Below, one piece after another: positions 33,697 to 43,335 of a stretch of DNA of 64,000 nt. The stretch covers positions 3,075 to 67,074 of the forward strand of contig JAAZLW010000175.1 of the NCBI GenBank assembly GCA_012799135.1, in the 5' to 3' direction. This stretch comes from Bacillota bacterium (GTDB taxonomy: Bacteria; Bacillota; Limnochordia; DTU087). The translations under genes were made by a program, and so were the position numbers. Numbering within the stretch: the first letter of the stretch is position 1; each line of letters opens with the position of its first letter. The notes beneath the pieces were generated by a model. The model was not told the DNA's origin and ran no database searches. It saw only the letters and a list, made by a program, of their open reading frames with translations.

Positions 33697-34394
33697 GACT
33701 CCTCTTCCTCTTCCCCGTTTTCTTGAAACACGGCCAGCAATGCGCTTTCAGCACTCTCGATATGTTGCTCTGCCAATTGACGGGCCAACTCCGCATCCCG
33801 CTGCTGCAGGGCATCGACAATACCCTTGTGTTCAACTAGCACCCGTCGCAGGCGCCCGGGCCGGCTCAACGATTGGGTTCTAAAACGTTGGATCTGCTCT
33901 CGTAAGTGATACAGCATATCACTGAGTTTTTCGTTGCGGCTTGCTTCGTATATCACTTCATGGAAACCTGTATCCATATCCACAGTAGATGAGACATCCA
34001 GCTTGGTCGTAGTCTCAGCCGTACGGACTAATAGCCGTTCCAACTCCTCTAGCTCCTCTTCGGTCATCCGCTCTGCAGCTAGTTCGGCAGCAAGGCCTTC
34101 CAAGGCTCTACGTATCTCAAAAACATCAGTAACATCCTTGATCGACATGTCGGATACATAGGCACCTTTGCGTGGTACCATTATGACAAATCCCTCTAGC
34201 TCCAGCTTTCTAATGGCCTCCCGTACGGGCGTACGACTTACCCCAAGCTCTTCAGCAATCTGTACTTCCATGAGCCGTTCACCAGGGCGTAACTGGCCAG
34301 CGATAATCGCCTCCCTCAGAGTTTCAAAGACAATATCGCGTAGAGGTTTGTAATTGTCTAATTCGATAGGGGCCAGCGGTTTACGCATTACCAA
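33693..34394 (-). CDS. GntR-family transcriptional regulator (FadR/FCD subfamily)
   Basis: IAEELGVSRTPVREAIRKLELEGFV winged HTH. Helical FCD-like C-terminal domain. Confidence 0.85.
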   Translation of the reverse strand: MVMRKPLAPIELDNYKPLRDIVFETLREAIIAGQLRPGERLMEVQIAEELGVSRTPVREAIRKLELEGFVIMVPRKGAYVSDMSIKDVTDVFEIRRALEGLAAELAAERMTEEELEELERLLVRTAETTTKLDVSSTVDMDTGFHEVIYEASRNEKLSDMLYHLREQIQRFRTQSLSRPGRLRRVLVEHKGIVDALQQRDAELARQLAEQHIESAESALLAVFQENGEEEEES

Positions 34395-34406
34395 TAACGC
34401 CTCCTT

Positions 34407-35354
34407 TTACAGTCTAACCCGCCTATCTGACCATAGTCGGGTAAAATATAGGTTAGGCAACGGGCGTCGCTGTTCCTGCTTGATACTATCCACTAATTTC
34501 ATAAAAACCCCGGTTCCTTCCTTCAGGTCACGGGCTAAACCGAAAAAAGTAGGCCCACTGCCACTCATCAATACTCCTAAGCACCCGGCATTCTCCATCA
34601 TTTCTTCCCAGCGAATCAGATCGGGAAATCGCTGTAGAGTAACTGCTTCAAGAGAATTACCGAGACCCTTTGCTACTGCTTGTATATTCTGTTCGGACAG
34701 AGCCGTCAAGAGATTACTGACATCCACAGCCACCCGCTGAGGCAGTTCGTCATAGGCAGCATAGCAGGCTGCAGTAGATACAGCGACCGGCGGCTTCAGC
34801 AAGATGACAGGCCATGGTGGTGGCGATGGTACCGCCTCAATCTTCTCTCCAATGCCGCTTACCTCAGCAGTCCCCTCTGATAGACAAAAGGGAATGTCTG
34901 CCCCAATCTTTTCGCCAATGGCAGCCAATTCCTGGATAGTCAAACCCAGGTTCCAAAGCCGATTCAAGCCCCGAAGCACTGCGGCAGCGTCGGCACTACC
35001 ACCACCTAGCCCCGCTGACACCGGAATAGCTTTGCGGATGGTGATATTTAGGCCCCGGCGGACTCCCGCGGCATCCATCAGATGCTCCGCTGCCTGCCAA
35101 GCCAGATTCCGACAATCGGACGGCGGCATAGGCTCCGGCTCAGAGCCGACAAACTGCAAAGCACCTTGCTTGACGGGATCGCCTGGCAAACAATCCAAAG
35201 AAACCCCCGCTGCACGCTCCTCCAACACAACTATATCGCCTAGTTCCAAGGATTGCATGACAGAATGGATCTCATGATAACCATCCGGCCGCCCCTCGCC
35301 TACATCCAGGGCTAGATTGATCTTGGCATGGGCCGTTTCAACCAGCCTACCCAA
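34407..35354 (-). CDS. ispE: 4-diphosphocytidyl-2-C-methyl-D-erythritol kinase
   Basis: AKINLALDV and GLGGGSADAAAVL GHMP-kinase motifs. Confidence 0.9.
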   Translation of the reverse strand: MGRLVETAHAKINLALDVGEGRPDGYHEIHSVMQSLELGDIVVLEERAAGVSLDCLPGDPVKQGALQFVGSEPEPMPPSDCRNLAWQAAEHLMDAAGVRRGLNITIRKAIPVSAGLGGGSADAAAVLRGLNRLWNLGLTIQELAAIGEKIGADIPFCLSEGTAEVSGIGEKIEAVPSPPPWPVILLKPPVAVSTAACYAAYDELPQRVAVDVSNLLTALSEQNIQAVAKGLGNSLEAVTLQRFPDLIRWEEMMENAGCLGVLMSGSGPTFFGLARDLKEGTGVFMKLVDSIKQEQRRPLPNLYFTRLWSDRRVRL

Positions 35355-35383
35355 TCTATGACAACTCCCTTTACCCCTTCTTG

Positions 35384-36628
35384 CTATCTAGTCGTAGCCT
35401 CTGTCTTGATCATTGATTTTACCAGATCTCTTAACCAACGCCAGATTCTAGTGAAAACACCAGCTGTCCTTACATCCTGCGAAACTACCACAGGCACCTG
35501 ACCCAAGTGGCGGTTATCCTGGGTGACCACCAACACTCCAATCGGCTCACCGGCAGCCAACGGTGCCATGAGATCCGGTCGCAACTGCAACTCCCGCTGA
35601 AAATCATCAGTACTGCCCTTCTCAACGAGAGCATCTAAAGCGACGGCAGCCATCGCCTTTACTCTCTCAGGTGATCCGTTCTTGATTACAGCCTCACCGA
35701 CAATCTCGTTGGCTTCAACCAACCGCCGAGAAGTAAAGCCTTTAAACCCGTAGTCCAGTAGTCGCCTGGTTTGACGGCGGCGCTCTGCATCACTGGAGGT
35801 TCCCATCACAATGGACACTAAACGCACATCGTCACGGACAGCGGTAGCTACCAGACAGTAGCCAGCACTACTGGTGTGCCCCGTTTTTAGCCCATCCAGC
35901 CCGGGATACTCCCGTAACAGGTGATTGGTATTGTATAGAACCGTCGATGGTTCGCCTGATCGAAAAACTTCTGACCAAGTGGACGTCCACTCCAAGACCA
36001 AGGGAAACTCCAAAAGTGCCTGAGCCATCTTATTAATATCACCGGCTGTGGTGACAGTGGCCTCTTCTCCCGCGTCCGGTGGCAACCCATGGACATTTGT
36101 GAAATGGGTGTTCTCCATTCCCAGTTCCCGAGCACGCCGATTCATTTGCTTGACAAAAGCCGGAACAGACCCCGCTACGTGTTCCGCCACTGCGAAGGCC
36201 GCATCATTGGCTGACTGAATAGCTACTGCTTTTAGCAATTCTTGCAGAGTAAATACTTCACCGGCCATTAGCCAGACCTGAGAACCACCAATCGCTTCTG
36301 CATCGGGGCTTACCAGGACTTGGTCGGTTAGTGCACTTTCTCCTTTCTCGACTGCCTCCAGGGCCAGCAACATAGTCATTATTTTGGCAATACTGGCCGG
36401 CTCTACAACCTTGTCGGCGTTTTTTTCCAGTAGCACTTGATTAGTGCCTGCTACAACCAGTAAAGCGACGTCGGCCTCTACATCATCTGGAGCCAAGGCA
36501 TCGACTACTCCTACACCACCCGGCATAACAAGAAGCAAGAATACCATTATGATGCCAAAGACCATGCCAGGTAGTGCTTTGGGTACCCTCTTAGGTAGCC
36601 CCCACCGATTAATTAGTCCGTTTTGCAA
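35384..36628 (-). CDS. D-alanyl-D-alanine carboxypeptidase (serine-type, DacB/DacF-like)
   Basis: SIAK (SxxK), SAND (SxN) and KTGHT (KTG) motifs. TTG start at 36628; the real start may be the downstream Met before the signal peptide. Confidence 0.85.
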   Translation of the reverse strand: MQNGLINRWGLPKRVPKALPGMVFGIIMVFLLLVMPGGVGVVDALAPDDVEADVALLVVAGTNQVLLEKNADKVVEPASIAKIMTMLLALEAVEKGESALTDQVLVSPDAEAIGGSQVWLMAGEVFTLQELLKAVAIQSANDAAFAVAEHVAGSVPAFVKQMNRRARELGMENTHFTNVHGLPPDAGEEATVTTAGDINKMAQALLEFPLVLEWTSTWSEVFRSGEPSTVLYNTNHLLREYPGLDGLKTGHTSSAGYCLVATAVRDDVRLVSIVMGTSSDAERRRQTRRLLDYGFKGFTSRRLVEANEIVGEAVIKNGSPERVKAMAAVALDALVEKGSTDDFQRELQLRPDLMAPLAAGEPIGVLVVTQDNRHLGQVPVVVSQDVRTAGVFTRIWRWLRDLVKSMIKTEATTR

Positions 36629-36764
36629 GCTGTCTCTCCTTCCTTCCTATCAAGCTTAACTTTGATCATATACCCAACTCCTCCGCAGTACCATAGTAAT
36701 CTGTCCTTACAGGTACGGATCGAATACTTGTCTGCGTTCGCCACAAGTAATAGCAAATCCTGCT

Positions 36765-36798
36765 ACAAAACAAGACCCTGGTGGATTGAACCCCAGGG
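36765..36798 (-). terminator. Intrinsic terminator downstream of the RsfA-like gene
   Basis: Minus strand: CCCTGG-ggttcaatcca-CCAGGG followed by TCTTGTTTTGT. Confidence 0.6.
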
Positions 36799-36846
36799 CA
36801 AAAGGCTTTTCCTGATACTCACCTGTTCAAGACAATTGCCAGGTCT

Positions 36847-37854
36847 TTAGGCCTCTCTCTCGATCTGTAGCAGTACTCCGAATCGATCATAGGAGTACTT
36901 GAGTTTGGGGATTAACTCACCGAGATTGGCCACTTTCTCAATTTTGCGCATTTCCATAAACTCACCTAACCAGAACTCGAGCTCATTATACACTTTTCGC
37001 AGCTCTTTTTTCTCGCTTTCTACCCGCTGTTTTAGGGCAGTGAGTTCGTTGCGCAAAGCCTGGTTCTCCTGTCGAAGCTTCTCAAAGGCAGTGAAGTCTT
37101 GCTCCTGACCAATGAGGTATTGAGCGACATTATTCAAGCCCTGTGCTAGATGCTCTAAACTAAACTGTAAACTACCCTTTACATATTTCATGTCGTTTTC
37201 AATGGCGTTCATACGATGGCTTAATGCTCCGGCTTGCCGAGGAAATCGCCGGAGTACATCCAGAAAATCGTCAGATTCGTCTTGTTTGCCATCCATGCTC
37301 TCCAATTCATCTAGCTCGGCCTTTGGTAACTCTGATTGACCCTCTTCTAAATCTGTAAAAGTCGTGCTATACTCTGCCTCCTGTATGGGGCGTTTGGCAA
37401 CGATTGATCTCGTATCAAAGGCTTCGGTAGCATCTGAGGACACATTGGCCTGACATAAAGCTTCATATCGCTCTTGACATTCCTGTATGGTTCGACCAGG
37501 GATACGCTCAGCAATGGCGGTAAAGTCTTCTCGGGCTTTTACACTCCGCCACAGGATAATATCCTCATCCCGAGTCCAGCCTCGGCCAGGAAGCGCTGGT
37601 GTAGTCTGTAGATGCCTTCTGCTGCTTTGCTGCTTCATGCTGGCCCTGTATGCTTTGGGATCTATCCCTTGCTTTTTCAAAATGGCATAGAAACGTTGTG
37701 CAAGAGCAGCTTCGCTTCTCCCGAGTTCCCGTGCCAATTCCGCCCTTAGTTTCTTGTTCCACCATTTAGACAGAATCTGCTGATCCTCGGATTCGGTATA
37801 CATACGGTTGGCATTTTCTGACCCGACACTTTCTTGCTTAAGCTCGGAACCCAT
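36847..37854 (-). CDS. Myb/SANT-like DNA-binding protein with a C-terminal coiled coil (RsfA-family-like sporulation regulator)
   Basis: GWTRDEDIILWRSV...IAERIPGRTIQECQERY is a SANT/Myb repeat, preceded by a degenerate first repeat. C-terminal heptad-rich region. Confidence 0.5.
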   Translation of the reverse strand: MGSELKQESVGSENANRMYTESEDQQILSKWWNKKLRAELARELGRSEAALAQRFYAILKKQGIDPKAYRASMKQQSSRRHLQTTPALPGRGWTRDEDIILWRSVKAREDFTAIAERIPGRTIQECQERYEALCQANVSSDATEAFDTRSIVAKRPIQEAEYSTTFTDLEEGQSELPKAELDELESMDGKQDESDDFLDVLRRFPRQAGALSHRMNAIENDMKYVKGSLQFSLEHLAQGLNNVAQYLIGQEQDFTAFEKLRQENQALRNELTALKQRVESEKKELRKVYNELEFWLGEFMEMRKIEKVANLGELIPKLKYSYDRFGVLLQIEREA

Positions 37855-37973
37855 CCTTAATCCCCTCCTTATTTTACCCCGAAAGGTTTTCCGGTATTGT
37901 CTAGTATGAGTAGGTTCAGGCTAGATTATGCCCGGGGAAATGCTAACAAGGTGGATGTGAGACCATATTTCTA

Positions 37974-38012
37974 AAGAACATCAACTGCCGGTGCAAAATG
38001 ATGCGCCGGCAG
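37974..38012 (-). terminator. Terminator-like hairpin downstream of the DUF3794/LysM gene
   Basis: Minus strand: CTGCCGG(cgc)-loop-(gca)CCGGCAG followed by TTGATGTTCTT. Confidence 0.45.
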
Positions 38013-38048
38013 TAGTGTAGCAGTTTCTTTATACAGAATGCAGACCTT

Positions 38049-39680
38049 CTATACCAAAGATGATATGCCAGATTTCGTGATAAAAAGCTTACCACCTACT
38101 GACGGTAGATCACCTGCCGTGACAGCTTCCGCGAGCACCGGGTTACCCTCTAACAGACTCTCTATACTCGTGCGATATTTAGTGGCCAACTTCCAGAGGG
38201 TATCATCTGGTTGCAGGGTCACACAGGTATATGTGGGTGACCGTCCTTTGAATTTCCGCAGGTCAACCGCCTCAGCGACAACTTCCTTGGATATCGTTTG
38301 CTGCAATCGACAAGATACTGTAGCTGTCACATGGAACCCGATTGTCTCCCGACTCAGAAGCTCTGCCCTTACATCCTGGATAGTAACATCAGCTACGACA
38401 TCCGCACCTGCTAGGGCCGAGGCGATCGGAACACTGATACTGGTCTCAAGAATCCCTGCATTACTCCATGTCACATGATAAACCGGTTGACTGAAATCAT
38501 CAGCCCTGCCCACGTACGTTGCCCCAAGATCAACGTACCCAGTCACTAATGCCCGGCCACCCACTACCGATGCACTAGTGATTGCTGCCTTGGCTTCCAT
38601 ATCCAGCAGTCTCTCCAATGGGGGACGGGACTCAGATAGCTCTACTGTACCATCCACATAAATGTCTTTGACTGCAGTATCTCCCAGCTGCTGAATGCGA
38701 ATTACCTCTCTTCGGACTCCGACTTCCAGATCTCCTTCAGAGGATAGCTCTGTGACTACCGTAACATCACGGGGTTGCACCACTTTAACTACAGCAGCTA
38801 ATACACCTTCAACAGCAAGCATCTGTCCTTCATTGAGCAACCGACCGGAAATGACCGGGGGCGCTATCTGGGGGTAGGCAATCATGCCCGAGCGACTTCC
38901 AGGTATTTCGGCACTCAACTCCACCCGAGAAATGTTGTCCCATCGATATACCAGTACTTGCTCTTCCCCGGTATCACCATTGACGGCTGCACAAATAGCT
39001 TTGTAGCTCATTGTCCCGGAGATAATGCCTCGATCTACAGCCACTCGCTTTTCCGCTATCCGGAACTGGCCCTGTAACTCCAGCAGTCGAAGGATAGGTG
39101 TGCTTCCACTGGACAATGGAATCATCTCGCGCAGCTCGGCTTGAGCAGTACCTTCCCCAATGAGATCCTCAATGCGGAGAGTGTCTTTGGCCACCTTGAG
39201 CTTATCGGGAGCACTAACCATCGCATCTGTTACCAGGGTCAACTCTTGGCTTTCCCTAGCTGTTGCCGAAATCTCCAATACTAAATCCAAGTCTACGGTT
39301 CGGCCGTCACTTCGCACAGTGGACTGCAGATCCAAGATATTAGCATCACATTGTGACTGCATATTCGGCAAAACACCTGGGATATCTACGAAGTGACTGA
39401 AAGGAACCCCATCGGCAATTTCTAAGTTGCCATAGTAGGCTTGCCCAGTATTAGATCTTCCTGTATAGACCAATGTTACCGCGATGACGCCTTCCACATT
39501 TACTCTGTCTTCTTCCACCCACTTCTCTTTGATGTGTGGAATGGCAGTTACTTTCACAATCCTGTCTGCAGCCAACATGCTACTGGGGATCGTCACTGTT
39601 CCTTCCGCAACAGTCTGAGCCGAATTTGTGCCGATTATCGCCTCCAATTGGACGGCATCGTCCTTTACTCTTAACGCCAT
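38049..39680 (-). CDS. DUF3794-repeat protein with a C-terminal LysM domain (spore-envelope-associated type)
   Basis: C-terminal LysM (YTCVTLQPDDTLWKLATKYRTSIESLLEGNP). Repetitive beta-rich body resembling DUF3794 repeats. Confidence 0.55.
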   Translation of the reverse strand: MALRVKDDAVQLEAIIGTNSAQTVAEGTVTIPSSMLAADRIVKVTAIPHIKEKWVEEDRVNVEGVIAVTLVYTGRSNTGQAYYGNLEIADGVPFSHFVDIPGVLPNMQSQCDANILDLQSTVRSDGRTVDLDLVLEISATARESQELTLVTDAMVSAPDKLKVAKDTLRIEDLIGEGTAQAELREMIPLSSGSTPILRLLELQGQFRIAEKRVAVDRGIISGTMSYKAICAAVNGDTGEEQVLVYRWDNISRVELSAEIPGSRSGMIAYPQIAPPVISGRLLNEGQMLAVEGVLAAVVKVVQPRDVTVVTELSSEGDLEVGVRREVIRIQQLGDTAVKDIYVDGTVELSESRPPLERLLDMEAKAAITSASVVGGRALVTGYVDLGATYVGRADDFSQPVYHVTWSNAGILETSISVPIASALAGADVVADVTIQDVRAELLSRETIGFHVTATVSCRLQQTISKEVVAEAVDLRKFKGRSPTYTCVTLQPDDTLWKLATKYRTSIESLLEGNPVLAEAVTAGDLPSVGGKLFITKSGISSLV

Positions 39681-39722
39681 GTGCCCTTCCCCCCTTTAAT
39701 CCTTTCACCTTAACACTCTCAT

Positions 39723-40994
39723 TTATATGCCAGGACATCGGTGACTATCTCGGTAAATATTACCTGATCTGGTCTGATCACCCATACCCTGCACCCGATA
39801 TGTTTTGTCTACTTTTTCCCAAATGCGGAAGTCCTCCCCTCCCATGGGCTCGATCACTATGCCGGTTAAGGGTTGGCGATTCAGCCATTCCAGCTTTGGC
39901 CTTATGCTATCGCTATTCTCATACCAGACTCGGCAGCGTCCTTCATCTCCCATGAAATCATAAAAGGGCACTTTTTCCACCATGTCCCATCGGATCTTAG
40001 CCTGGTGTTGGTAGGCCAGTCTCCGAGCATCGTCATATGATAAATATTTGTATTCCCGCAAATTGCCATCCACTCGCCAAGCTATACCATCAACCGGCAA
40101 GATGACCATCAGCTTCCAAGCAGGAAGATACCGATATACTCTTGTCAGTTGGTTTTGCACCCATTGCAGCCCCATTTTCGGACCAGGTGTGCCAGAGACA
40201 TGCTCCAGAGACGCTCGCAGGATCACCCGATCCGGCAAAGATGCCCAAAGGCGGTTATCCACATGCTTAGATAATGCTTCCCGGTGGCCATCGTTCGGTA
40301 CCAGAACCATATACATGCTCTTATGGTAATCAGCCGCCAGCTTACGCGCCCCTTCCACAAGAGCCGTAAAGCGTCGTCCATAGCCTATTGCCACTTTCTG
40401 AAAGTCCAATGCTACTCCATCAATCTTTGGATCCGCCACTATCCTCTTCACCATATCCAGTAGCCGTCCACGCGCATGGCGGTGACGGAGCAATGCCTCT
40501 AGCGCAAGCTCATCATAGATGTCATGTTGAAGATTACTGATGACTGGAACCAAACGAACTTGGGTAGACTCTGCCAGCGAATAGATGACCTCGGGTATTC
40601 CGCCAACGATGTTACCGGCTTCTTCTATGGAAAAGCAGTGAAGAAAAAGGCCCGTGAGCCGAGAATACAGTCCTTCGCTAAGCCGCCGCTTCACTTTGAT
40701 AGGAGCATCTCCCTGGATGACACCCCATACTGCCTGCAGGACACTTCCAGCCTGTAATTGCGAATCTCGGAGCAACTCCATGACCTGGGGACCAGCTATG
40801 CCGTCTACTTTCAGACCATATTGCCGCTGGAGAGAGCATATACAATCTTCTGTAAGAAAATCATAGACACCATCGATAGGTCCCACTCGATAACCCAAAG
40901 ACTGCAGCCGCCCTTGTAGCCACGCAACCGGCAAGCCCCTATCTCTCAAGCGTAGGACCGTCCGTTTTCCTGGCCGCCAGACCCACCGCACCAT
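39723..40994 (-). CDS. Peptidoglycan-binding-domain protein with a GH18-like (YaaH/SleL-type) domain carrying a degenerate catalytic motif
   Basis: PG_binding_1-like GLPVAWLQGRLQSLGY...LKVDGIAGPQ. GH18 strand-4 motif reads DGVALDFQ instead of DGxDxDxE. ATG at 40994 lies 9 nt after AAAGGAGG. Confidence 0.6.
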   Translation of the reverse strand: MVRWVWRPGKRTVLRLRDRGLPVAWLQGRLQSLGYRVGPIDGVYDFLTEDCICSLQRQYGLKVDGIAGPQVMELLRDSQLQAGSVLQAVWGVIQGDAPIKVKRRLSEGLYSRLTGLFLHCFSIEEAGNIVGGIPEVIYSLAESTQVRLVPVISNLQHDIYDELALEALLRHRHARGRLLDMVKRIVADPKIDGVALDFQKVAIGYGRRFTALVEGARKLAADYHKSMYMVLVPNDGHREALSKHVDNRLWASLPDRVILRASLEHVSGTPGPKMGLQWVQNQLTRVYRYLPAWKLMVILPVDGIAWRVDGNLREYKYLSYDDARRLAYQHQAKIRWDMVEKVPFYDFMGDEGRCRVWYENSDSIRPKLEWLNRQPLTGIVIEPMGGEDFRIWEKVDKTYRVQGMGDQTRSGNIYRDSHRCPGI

Positions 40995-41071
40995 GAACAA
41001 TGCCTCCTTTGCTCCTTTCCATCTTATGCAGACACTGTCAATGGTTAGAAGCAAAATCACGGGGATAAGAG

Positions 41072-41108
41072 AAACCCCAGGGATCTTGAGAAAAGAACCC
41101 TGGGGTTT
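41072..41108 (-). terminator. Strong 11-bp hairpin downstream of veg
   Basis: AAACCCCAGGG-15 nt-CCCTGGGGTTT. On the minus strand it is followed by CTCTTATCC. Confidence 0.45.
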
Positions 41109-41242
41109 GGCAAACAAGAACGGCCCCAGATGCCGGGACCAAAGCTATGGCTAGCAGACACCAAGAGATCTGTATTAGCGGGACTAAGAAAGCCAGTATC
41201 GAACAGGATGTGCTATCAGTAGCTGAATCTGCGATCTGTTGG

Positions 41243-41518
41243 CTAGAGCGCTGCTCCTACCTGTTTGTCACCAATGGTAACTTCCACAGTCTCAGTCAGC
41301 ACATCAGCATAAGTGTACGAAAGGCGTTTGATCGCGCTGGGTTTGTCCAGCTTTACCACAAAGAGTTTGGGGTAGGTCTGCTCCAGCACTCCCTCTGCCT
41401 CTATGACTTTCCGACGTCCTCGATTAGCTCTCAACCTAACCTTCTTACCCACACTAGCTTCCAGACTTCTCTTGATGGTGTCTAGGTTTCTAGCGCTCTG
41501 TGCTGGCATTCGCATCAC
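41243..41518 (-). CDS. veg: Veg protein
   Basis: LDTIKRSLEASVGKKVRLRANRGRRK..YPKLFVVKL...LSYTYADVLTETVEV closely parallels Bacillus Veg. Start is one of GTG/ATG/ATG at 41518-41507. Confidence 0.9.
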   Translation of the reverse strand: MMRMPAQSARNLDTIKRSLEASVGKKVRLRANRGRRKVIEAEGVLEQTYPKLFVVKLDKPSAIKRLSYTYADVLTETVEVTIGDKQVGAAL

Positions 41519-41541
41519 CTTCCCTCCACATTGTCATGAAG

Positions 41542-41571
41542 ATTATACCACACTCCTTACCCCTAAGTCAA
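41542..41571 (-). promoter_or_regulatory. veg proximal sigma-A promoter
   Basis: Minus strand: TTGACT-N18-(TGg)TATAAT. Confidence 0.7.
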
Positions 41572-41581
41572 ATAAATGTTT

Positions 41582-41611
41582 ATTATATCAATGGGCTCCT
41601 TCCCTTGTCAA
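41582..41611 (-). promoter_or_regulatory. veg distal sigma-A promoter
   Basis: Minus strand: TTGACA-N18-TATAAT, both hexamers perfect, 40 nt upstream of the proximal promoter. Confidence 0.65.
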
Positions 41612-41641
41612 GGAGCACCATCGGCCTCTGCAACAAGAATT

Positions 41642-42550
41642 TTACAATTGGCGGGTGCGTCCTTCGATATATTCCCGGATTCCCCTAAATATGCCTAAAG
41701 CCGCCTTTTCTCGCGTCCATCTGTCGGCCAGAATGGTGCTGTCATGGCTACCTGTAAGAAAACCGACCTTGATAAGAACAGGTACAGCGAATGAATGACG
41801 CAATAAGAAAAAAGCAGCTTCCCTGATTCCTCGGTTGGTGGTCCTTAATTCTTCTAGCAAGTGATTCTGGATACAGTCAGCTAGCTGATGGGCCGACCAA
41901 CTATGATACCAATACGTCTCGGTTCCGTTAATCTCGGCAGAGAGGAAGCTATTGTGATGGATGCTAACCAATAATTCCGCTTCGGCCTCCATGACCAGAT
42001 TCACCCGTTGGGGTAGCGACATCGTCTCTCCATAACCTCTGGTATATTGAACTTCAGCCCCACTGAGCGTGAGAATGCAAGCCAGCCGCTGAACAACATC
42101 CCAGTTGAGCTCTGATTCTACTAAGTCTCCACTGATAGCGCCGGTTTCCTCTCCTCCATGACCGGCATCAAGTGCGATAAGTCTATCCTTCAGGGCGGGT
42201 TCCGTTCGGTTTAAGACCACGGCATTGATATCTTCGACATACCTCCACGATAAACCGAAATAACGACTGATCAGGGCAGCAGGAACCATGATCATGTCCT
42301 TATTTACATAGATCGCTCCTCCGGCCGGCACTCTTTCTCCTTGCACAAATGCGGTCTGTTGCCCTAACGATAGAGCCAGCTCTCTGCCATCTTTTTCCAC
42401 TTGGACCAGATCAGTACAGCCAGTCCGCTGCATTCGGGCACCCAGTCGTTCTGCCACCACTGATAATGGCAGCGACAGTATCCCGTCCTTCCATTCAGCG
42501 GGCGTGTCACCTTCCCAGATCCGTCCATTGATCAAAAGTCTCCCGCCCAT
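41642..42550 (-). CDS. N-acetylmuramoyl-L-alanine amidase (Amidase_3) with an N-terminal copper-amine-oxidase-like stalk domain
   Basis: LDAGHGGEETGA and SIHHNS motifs. N-terminal ..LSLPLSVVAERLGARM pattern. Confidence 0.8.
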   Translation of the reverse strand: MGGRLLINGRIWEGDTPAEWKDGILSLPLSVVAERLGARMQRTGCTDLVQVEKDGRELALSLGQQTAFVQGERVPAGGAIYVNKDMIMVPAALISRYFGLSWRYVEDINAVVLNRTEPALKDRLIALDAGHGGEETGAISGDLVESELNWDVVQRLACILTLSGAEVQYTRGYGETMSLPQRVNLVMEAEAELLVSIHHNSFLSAEINGTETYWYHSWSAHQLADCIQNHLLEELRTTNRGIREAAFFLLRHSFAVPVLIKVGFLTGSHDSTILADRWTREKAALGIFRGIREYIEGRTRQL

Positions 42551-42603
42551 GCTCTTTGGCCCCCCAGATCAGCCTTAGGCCCTACTACCAATCACAGGTA
42601 TGA

Positions 42604-42641
42604 CAAAAATGCCTCGTTCGTCACTACCTACGACCAGGCAT
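42604..42641 (-). terminator. Intrinsic terminator downstream of the ykuK-like gene
   Basis: Minus strand: ATGCCT(gg)TCGT-aggtagtg-ACGA(ac)GAGGCAT followed by TTTTTG. Confidence 0.5.
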
Positions 42642-42766
42642 GAAGCCTTGCATTATTTTATGATAAGGGAAAGAAGATGTGCTCGCGAAAAAAGCGCAAC
42701 GCCCCACAGTGGGCTGTGCCGTGAGGACGGCATGGATAGCCAAAGCCATTGCAGGAGTGGGACCTT

Positions 42767-43243
42767 TTACTTTGTAAACTTATCGGCGACCTTAGAAGCT
42801 CCATAGGAGTCAGGCTTGATCCGGGCATCAAAGCCACTGCCGATAACCATACCTGTCACCTCACGGATCAATTCTTTAGTCCGGCCATTGATACCGACAT
42901 CCAGATGAATTTCAACATTGAGATCTGCATGCCCATTTTCAGCAAGCCTTTCTGCCACCCAGCTGGCCAGGGCAAGGCTTCGGGAAGTCTCGTAAAAGAT
43001 CCGTTGCCGGAGAGACTTACCCATGAACTCCCACTCTCGGGTATAATAATAGCGCCCACCCTTCCCAATGCGGTGCACAATAATCGCCGTCACAAAACAC
43101 GTGCTGTCCTGAGAATACTGTGAATCGGTGCCGATTATCACTTTGTAGTCCGACTCAGGCTGTTCTCGTACATAGGCAATCATATCCTCGAAGACTTCAT
43201 CAAAGGAAAGACGCCCTTTGGTTGGGCTAATAAAATACTCCAT
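42767..43243 (-). CDS. RNase H-like YkuK family protein (DUF458)
   Basis: SFDEVFEDMIAYV...YKVIIGTDSQ resembles YkuK/DUF458. Confidence 0.65.
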   Translation of the reverse strand: MEYFISPTKGRLSFDEVFEDMIAYVREQPESDYKVIIGTDSQYSQDSTCFVTAIIVHRIGKGGRYYYTREWEFMGKSLRQRIFYETSRSLALASWVAERLAENGHADLNVEIHLDVGINGRTKELIREVTGMVIGSGFDARIKPDSYGASKVADKFTK

Positions 43244-43335
43244 AGGCTCACCTCAATAACGAAGATATTCTGCATTACGCGACACATCACCTTTCATTTC
43301 AATCAAGCAAGTCATGTCACTACTGTCATTCACTT

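Noticed and set aside
36668-36724. 18-codon ORF (MIKVKLDRKEGETACKTD) with a GGAGGAG RBS upstream of the carboxypeptidase gene
   Set aside because: It overlaps the dac start region. It has no paralog or distinctive features, and the RBS-like string may belong to the dac leader. There is not enough evidence.
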